Shown piece by piece: positions 57,830 through 64,000 of a stretch of 64,000 bases of DNA. Both the position numbers and the translations under genes were made by a program. Position 1 is the first letter of the stretch, and each line of letters starts with the position of its first letter. Source of the DNA: the human T2T-CHM13v2.0 reference genome, Homo sapiens; NCBI RefSeq assembly GCF_009914755.1, contig NC_060935.1; one strand, 5' to 3'. Below the pieces are notes generated by a model that was not told where the DNA came from, searched no databases, and saw only the letters and a list, made by a program, of their open reading frames with translations.

Positions 57830-58730
57830 AGAAATCACGCCTTTGAGATTCCTAGAATATGTTTTGTCCAGATCAGAGCCTCTACTAGCACCACCTTAAT
57901 TCTCCCAGAGGCCCTAACAGAAGGGTACACCCTTAACTTGGTCTTCCTCCTGGGGTCCACATGCTTTATTGGCAACTCCCTGTATTTGGTCTGTGCTATA
58001 ATTTAATTTGGTCTAGGCTATATTTGAGAATTTTTACTGGGTGAAGAGACTGAAGATAAGAATTGTTTTATTTGTATTTCTTCTGAATTCTGTGTTCAGA
58101 TTGATCAGTTCTTTCCTAAGTTTCTCTCTCTCTCTCTTTTTTTATGCTGGCATATCTAGCTGAAAGAAGTCAACTCAGGTTTTCAACACTCTGTCCAAGT
58201 TTACAAGTTCATTAGATACATCTTCCAAGTTACTGCTGGGTATAATTTTACCAAATATTTCACCACCACATAACACAAGGTGATATTTTTTTTCCTGACC
58301 TCTATAATAATTTCCTTGGCCTTTTCTTTAGCTTCTACCTACTGTCCTGTTTCAAAGCCCAATGCCATGTAGTTGAGCTTTCTATCGTAGCAAAACCTAA
58401 TTTCCCTGTAAGTACTATCAATTTCTGAGTTATTTAATTATTGTTTTAGTAATAGTGCATAACAGATAATCACAAGATCTGATAAAATGCAAACCATGTA
58501 TTTAACTCATGCCTTCCTGGGGTTAGCAGTTTCAGGCAGTACCCAGCGAAGGTACCTCTGCTCCTGGTGTGTCTCATTTTTCTCATGGGACCAGCAGGAC
58601 AGCTTGATGGTACTTTTCAAGAAGATGAGAGAAGGCGAATCCCATAAGTGTGTCCTAAGCCTTTGGTCACTTTGTATTTGGTAACATTCCATTGGTGAAA
58701 ACAAGTCATGTGGCCAAGCTGAAAGCCATT
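57830..58730 (-). mobile_element. MLT1-type internal fragment plus LTR
   Basis: MLT1-int-like sequence leading into an MLT1 LTR-like segment from about 58425 (CATTGGTGAAAACAAGTCATGTGGCCAAGC). Confidence 0.55.
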
Positions 58731-58997
58731 GTGTTACAATTGCCTGTAGCAATTACCATTACCAATGGTAATTGTAACATTACTGTGTCATAATTGCTTA
58801 CAATATTCAGTACAGTAACATGCTGTACAGGTTTGTAGCCTAGGAGCAACAGGCTATACCATCTAGCCTATAGGTCTGCAGTAGGCTGTACCATATAGTT
58901 TTGTTTTAATATACCTCTTGGTGTTAGCACAACGATGAAATTCCTAATTATAGAGTTCTCAGGACGTATCCCTGTCATTAGGTGACACATGACTGTT
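58726..58997 (+). mobile_element. Tigger3 (MER7) fragment
   Basis: TATTCAGTACAGTAACATGCTGTACAGGTTTGTAGCCTAGGAGCAACAGGCTATACCAT...GTGACACATGACTGT. Confidence 0.88.
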
Positions 58998-60373
58998 CAT
59001 ATGTCTGAACAATACTCTCTTCACCCTTACTACCTATCATGGTTACTTCTTAGTTACTATCATGGTTGCAAACTGTGTTTTCATTTTACGGTGTGGAGGT
59101 CAATTATATTTTCAAATATTTTTGAAGTAGAAGAAATTAAAATTTTCTGGAAACCAGAGGCTAATTTTTGAAAACACTTGTGAGGTTACTTTCAACTACT
59201 GTTTAAGTCTCTATTAATTGTCTAATATTGTAGGTAAAGAGACAGTCTGCACTTTATATGCCTTGAGAAGCATGTGTTCCTATTGAAGATCTACACATAT
59301 TACCTTAGGACTGCAGACGAATCCCTCTAAAACCCTCGAACTCTATGCAGTCTTTGGCCCCAGGAACAGGTAGACAAGAGCTTGCTTTCTTGTATACAGT
59401 TGCTCTTTCCTTTTTAACATTATCACTTATGGACCACAGACCTGCCTGGCTGTGCCAAGTGCTGTGTTCAGTGCTTTAAATGCAGTACCGTATCGAATCT
59501 TCGTCACGACGCTATGAGACTGGCATTGTTATTACCATAGTCATAATCCCTTCTGGATGTAGAAGAATATGTCCCACATCTCACAGGAAAGTCAAAGAGA
59601 TTAGAATTTAGGCCTATCTGACTCTAAAGGCAGTACTCCTATCCTTAGCAATACTGCCTTTTTGGTTGAATTCTGCCTCTATTTACTCTTCCATTAAAAC
59701 AGAGATGTCCCTACTGCCCAAGAAGTCCATTATGATCCAATGGAATCAAAGAAACTGCTAATTCACAAGAATCTGACTGTAGATGACTCTCAGGAGGAGT
59801 GAAAAGCATTGGGATGTTTTGCTTTAGCCTAACATTGCATCTCCGTTAGGAAGTATAGCAGCCTGCTGAGGCTTGGTTACTAAGCTTACCAAGAGTACTC
59901 GCTTCCATGACTCTGTGTTGACGAAGCACCAGTGACAATGGAAAGGGAGAGAGCTTCCCTGGCCAGATGCCCCTTTTCCTCTTGGCCCTTCCAGTAAATG
60001 CTGCTCAAGGAGGCTCCGCATTGCAAGATGGGCAAGGGGTCACATGAGGAGGGGTGGTGAGTGATTTATTTTCCAGTTAATTAAAGGCCAAGGGAGTCCC
60101 TTCTGAAGTTTTATTTGGGGTCTCAGGCCATCTGTATATAGCAACCCAAGGAGAAAACCCCCAGCCACCCTGCCGGGGCAATTAGTTCTACATTTTCTTC
60201 CTCTCTGCTCCATAATCCCTACCTCACTCAGGCTGTGTCAACTGCCCAGCTTGCAGTCAACTTTCTAGCTCCATCTCTGAGGGATTTGTCCTCATTTCTG
60301 GGTTGGAAGCTTCTCACCTTCAAATTACACAGTTTCTTGAGAAGAAAGTGATAATGGATGTGACAGTGCTAGA

Positions 60374-60614
60374 AGATAGATAGATAGATAGATAGAGAGA
60401 TAGATAGATAGATGGATAGATAGATAGATGGATAGATGGATAGATAGATGGATAGATAGATAGATGGATAGATAGATAGATGGATAGATGGATAGATAGA
60501 TAGATAGATGGATAGATGGATGGATAGATGGATAGATAGATCGATAGATGGATAGATAGATGGATAGATAGATAGACAGACAGATAGACAGACAGACAGA
60601 CGGATGGATGGATG

Positions 60615-60649
<35 letters not shown>

Positions 60650-60902
60650 GGATAGATAGATAGATGGATAGATAGACAGACAGACAGACAGATAGACAGA
60701 TAGATAGATGGATAGATAGATAGATAGATACATAGATAGATGGATAGATAGATGGATAGATAGACGGATAGATAGATAGAAGGATGGATAGATAGATGGA
60801 TAGATAGATAGATGGATAGATAGATGGATAGATAGATAGATGGATAGATAGATAGATAGATGGATAGATAGATAGATAGATGGATAGATAGATAAATAGA
60901 TA
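60374..60902 (+). repeat. ~530-bp compound tetranucleotide array (GATA/GATG/GACA)n
   Basis: Direct read; it produces the spurious IYLS-repeat ORFs on the minus strand. Confidence 0.98.
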
Positions 60903-62269
60903 GGAGACACCACCACCACCACCAACAACAACAGAGCACTGTCCGTCCTCATGGCCCATGCCCAGTGGGCATTTATCAGAAGTAAAGACAGGTGGATTGG
61001 CCAGAAAAAGTAGAGGTGTTTGCAAGTAAGGGGGTAAGGAATGGAAATTTCTAATTTAGAAGTAGCCCTTCTACTAAGGGCCAGATTAATTAGGAACGAT
61101 GGGGAATCTGAAATCAAGATCTCTGAGAGTCTATATCCACACCAAGCTGAGCTCCTTGCAACTTCTGATCCTGAAGCCTGGGGAGTGTAATGGATAAAAG
61201 GCTACCTAGATCAACCCTCACCTGCTCCCACCTTCTCTCTCTGTCTGATGCTTGTTGGCCTTTGACAACACAATTTGCCTTCTACCCTCTGGCTGCACAC
61301 ACTCAGTGATGGTGAACTCACTCTATTCTGAGATGTAGATTTCCCTCCTTGGGCAGGTCTGCCAACATGTCCTTCCGTGCACCATGTTACCATCACCACT
61401 TTCCCTGATCCACTATGCTCCAGAATAAATAAGAGTTAGAGAATTGGGAGTAGGGTTTGCAGGTCAAGAATGTGTGCCTGGTGAATGAGGAAGAAAAGAT
61501 TTGTGGCATTTCCTTGCGCAGAAGGAACAGAGGGAGGCAAGGGATGGTAGAAAGCCATCAGGTAGGAGACACTCAGATGCCTGCTGCTGGTGGTGTGCGC
61601 TGCGTCTCCTGGGACTGATGAGTGAGACACGTTCATCCAACTACCCTTTGAAGACGTGGCAAGCCCTCAGCAAGAGGTTAAGCTTCCCCCATGAGGATTT
61701 CCCAGGTCTTGCTTTGGCTCCAGAACAGTTATTTCCAATGCTCAGAAGCTCAGAAAGTGACCAGGAGAAAAGAGGTAGAGCATTGTGGAGAAAGAGAGAG
61801 AGGAGGTGGGAGGGAGTGTGTGTGGGAGACAGAGAGGAGGAGGAAGAGGCACTGAGAAACTGAATGTATCATAGAAGAGAGGGAGCAGCAGGGAGTATGC
61901 ACAGAGAGGAAGAAAAATGGAGAGCTGAGAGAGTAGGGGAAGGGAGAGTGGGGACATGCCAGGGAGGGCTGGAGCAAGCAGCAGGCTCTGTAAGGTATGG
62001 CTGCTCTGGGCTCTGGGGTCCCACATTGCTTCTGCTACTGGGCCACCAGACTGGGAAACTTGGTGGGGGTCGGGGTTAGAGGGGTGGTTGGACGAGGAGG
62101 GCTGTGGGAATTCCCAGTCTGCACTGACAGGATCCGGAGGCCCAGCCCTGAAAGCCCCAGGAGCCCCGATGGCTCCAGGAAGATGGGTGCTGGGTGGATT
62201 GGACCTGGACAGAGCCACTGAGGGCTGCAATTTGGCAGTCGCCCTGGCTTTATTGGCAGCAAGTCTGAC

Positions 62270-62490
62270 GGGAGCTGAAGGCCTCCCTGCTGGGCCCTGC
62301 GGCTGCCACGTGCCCGCCTCTCGGACGCCTTGCGAGGCTGGTCCCCTAGGGCGCCCGGGGGTGGACGGGAGAGCGGCGCGCATGCGCAGGATGCGCTTGG
62401 GCGAGGAGTGGGGAGATCCCAGGCAAGACTGACACGGATGGGGCATGCAGGCGACAGGCCGGGGTCCACCTAGGCCTGGGAGTGGTCGTG
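62270..62490. promoter_or_regulatory. Small CpG-rich candidate promoter/enhancer with NRF1 and E-box motifs
   Basis: Local CpG cluster in otherwise CpG-poor DNA; GCGCATGCGC at 62378-62387; CACGTG at 62307-62312. Confidence 0.55.
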
Positions 62491-62522
62491 CTTTCTGTTC
62501 TGTTTTTCAATTTTAATCAATG

Positions 62523-62810
62523 GGCTGGGCGCGGTGGCTCACGCATGTAATCCAGCACTTTGGGAGGCTGAGGAGGGCGGATCGTTTGAACCCAGAAGTT
62601 GGAGACCAGCCTGGGCAATATGGAGAGACTCCGTCCCTCCTAAAAATAAAATAAATTATCCGGAGTGGTGGCGTGTGCCTGTGGTCCCAGCTACTCGGGA
62701 GGCTGAGGCAGGAGGATGGCTCGAACCCAGCAGTCAGAGGCTGCAGTGAACCACGACTGCACCAGTGTGCTCCAGCCAGGCCACCTTCTGAGACCTTGTC
62801 TCAGAAAAAA
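62523..62810 (+). mobile_element. AluJ
   Basis: GGCTGGGCGCGGTGG start; J-type GGAGGATGGCTCGAACCC. Confidence 0.9.
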
Positions 62811-63429
62811 TATTAAATTTTCATCAGTAAAACTTGTCTGGGAAAACCTTTCCTAAAGCCTGTAAAGCTTTACATTACTATCCCCGTCCTCACCAGGAGC
62901 CAACAAGGAATGTGTCGCTGCATTACAGAAGGGGAGCCCATGCAGGAGCAGCTCAAAGACTGCCCATGAGACTCCAGAGCTGGCGCTCTGCCCACTGTGG
63001 TGTAATAGCAGCTACTCTCTTGAAGGCTTAGGGCCAGCTAGTCCCAGGCCTTTGATGGCTGGGGCCAAAGGGGTGGGCAGGACTTGGCTTTTCACTTCCT
63101 TTAAAAGTCTGTCCACATTACCTGTGGGGCATCATGGAATAAAGGAAGAAAAGCATCCACCCTCTTTGTTTTCCCCTCCCTGGAGTGAAGCCGCCACCTG
63201 CTAAGTACAAGCCCACAATGAAACATGTCACTCCTGCTGGGGCTTACCTACCCAGGAAGCACACCCTGGGTCCATTTAAAAACACTGGAGATGGCCTGCT
63301 GTCCTGAGATGCACAGGGAAATGGGAGACACAACCAGACACCAATAACACACTGCAAGAGTGTGATGGCAAGTGTCCTCAGACCATCCTCTGGCCAGTAC
63401 AGCCAGAGCTCAGTCAGAAACCAAGAAAC

Positions 63430-64000
63430 TGCCCGGGTAGGAGCTGAGTTTAACCCTGCAAGTCTTAATTTTGTGCAAGGACTGTACAATGAGCTGTAAC
63501 GGGTAGACACTGAGCAAGGCAGTTCAGCTTGTCTGATAGGACAGAAGCAGTACATATGGAACTACAGTATCTGGAGGGATAAGTATCTGGAAGTGGCAAG
63601 AAATGAACAGACTGGTGCTGTGGGGATGGGAGGAGGGAAACAGTCACCTTGGGCTGGAGAGTGAGCAATCAGGAAGGGCTTCACCGAAGAGGTGACCATC
63701 AACGTGCTATTTTGCATATAGATGGAGCTTTAGTTTACAACACTTTTGCATACATTATTTTGAGACACAGTGTTATGGTAGCAAATGTTGGCAAGGGCGA
63801 GAAAAAGTGCTAATCCACTGCTAGTGTTGAGAGTATAAATGAATTAAACTAATGTGGGAAGCAGTTTGACACTCATAATTCAAAATTCTAGGAATTTATG
63901 CTACGAACATACTGATACATACGGGCAGATATACAAGGACAAGATACCCACTATAACAAAGTTATTAGCAGCAAAAGACTGAAAACAACATAAGTGTTCA
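63430..64000. mobile_element. L2 fragment (about 63430-63720) followed by an old L1M fragment (about 63760-64000)
   Basis: CAGGAAGGGCTTCACCGAAGAGGTGAC (L2); AATTCTAGGAATTTATGCTAC...ATTAGCAGCAAAAGACTGAAAACAAC (L1 ORF2 end). Confidence 0.6.

Larger units (their letters stand above)
51165..57830 (-). mobile_element. Fragmented ancient ERV-L-class provirus (5' LTR about 57435-57830, PBS-Leu-like site, gag, pro, pol remnants) split by FAM, MSTA, L1MA, Alu and MER53
   Basis: gag-like LPWQAVEEGMKRLREVVLLGQMDYVRLEDPPEDCVP (56257-56478); protease-like VTVYQGKGNNQNFPGQVNVGSKLTLTPRDP (about 53195-53285); RT/connection-like PSRVKDRLLHLTSTATKMEAQSLAGFFGFPRPHSPHL (51574-51756); TGGTCCAGGAGTGG directly after the LTR on the minus strand. 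Confidence 0.8.

Noticed and set aside
60320-61117. Long minus-strand ORFs (265, 218 and 204 aa) of IYLS/IHLS repeats
   Set aside because: Stop-free translation of the (TATC/CATC)n array; not genes
61742-62469. Overlapping Pro/Gly/Ala-rich ORFs of 144-234 aa on both strands
   Set aside because: Expected in GC-rich, low-complexity DNA; no recognisable domain or splice structure

Overview
Primate (almost certainly human) repeat-rich intergenic DNA with no intact spliced protein-coding gene. It carries two processed pseudogenes of mitochondrial outer-membrane proteins lying head-to-tail on the minus strand inside one old MER58 DNA transposon: a TOMM6 retrocopy (7731-8606) and a full-length frameshifted BAK1 retrocopy (9251-11380; most likely BAK1P2/bak-3, which would put the window on 11q24, an inference). 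There is also a 5.7-kb HERV-H provirus (28111-33845, minus strand) with two 441-bp LTR7s, GTGGG target duplications and an unusual extra TATA-R-U5 copy next to its PBS; a fragmented ancient ERV-L provirus (about 51.2-57.8 kb); many L1, Alu, MIR, L2, MaLR and DNA-transposon relics; several tandem repeats; and a small CpG-rich NRF1/E-box element near 62.3 kb. The most notable points are frame-restored ORFs in both retrocopies (the BAK1 one with only the BH3 core scrambled), the HERV-H strand-transfer scar, and the chance that the LTR7 promoter drives the retrocopies. None of this shows function. Repeat subfamily names come from recalled consensus sequences and need RepeatMasker/Dfam confirmation.
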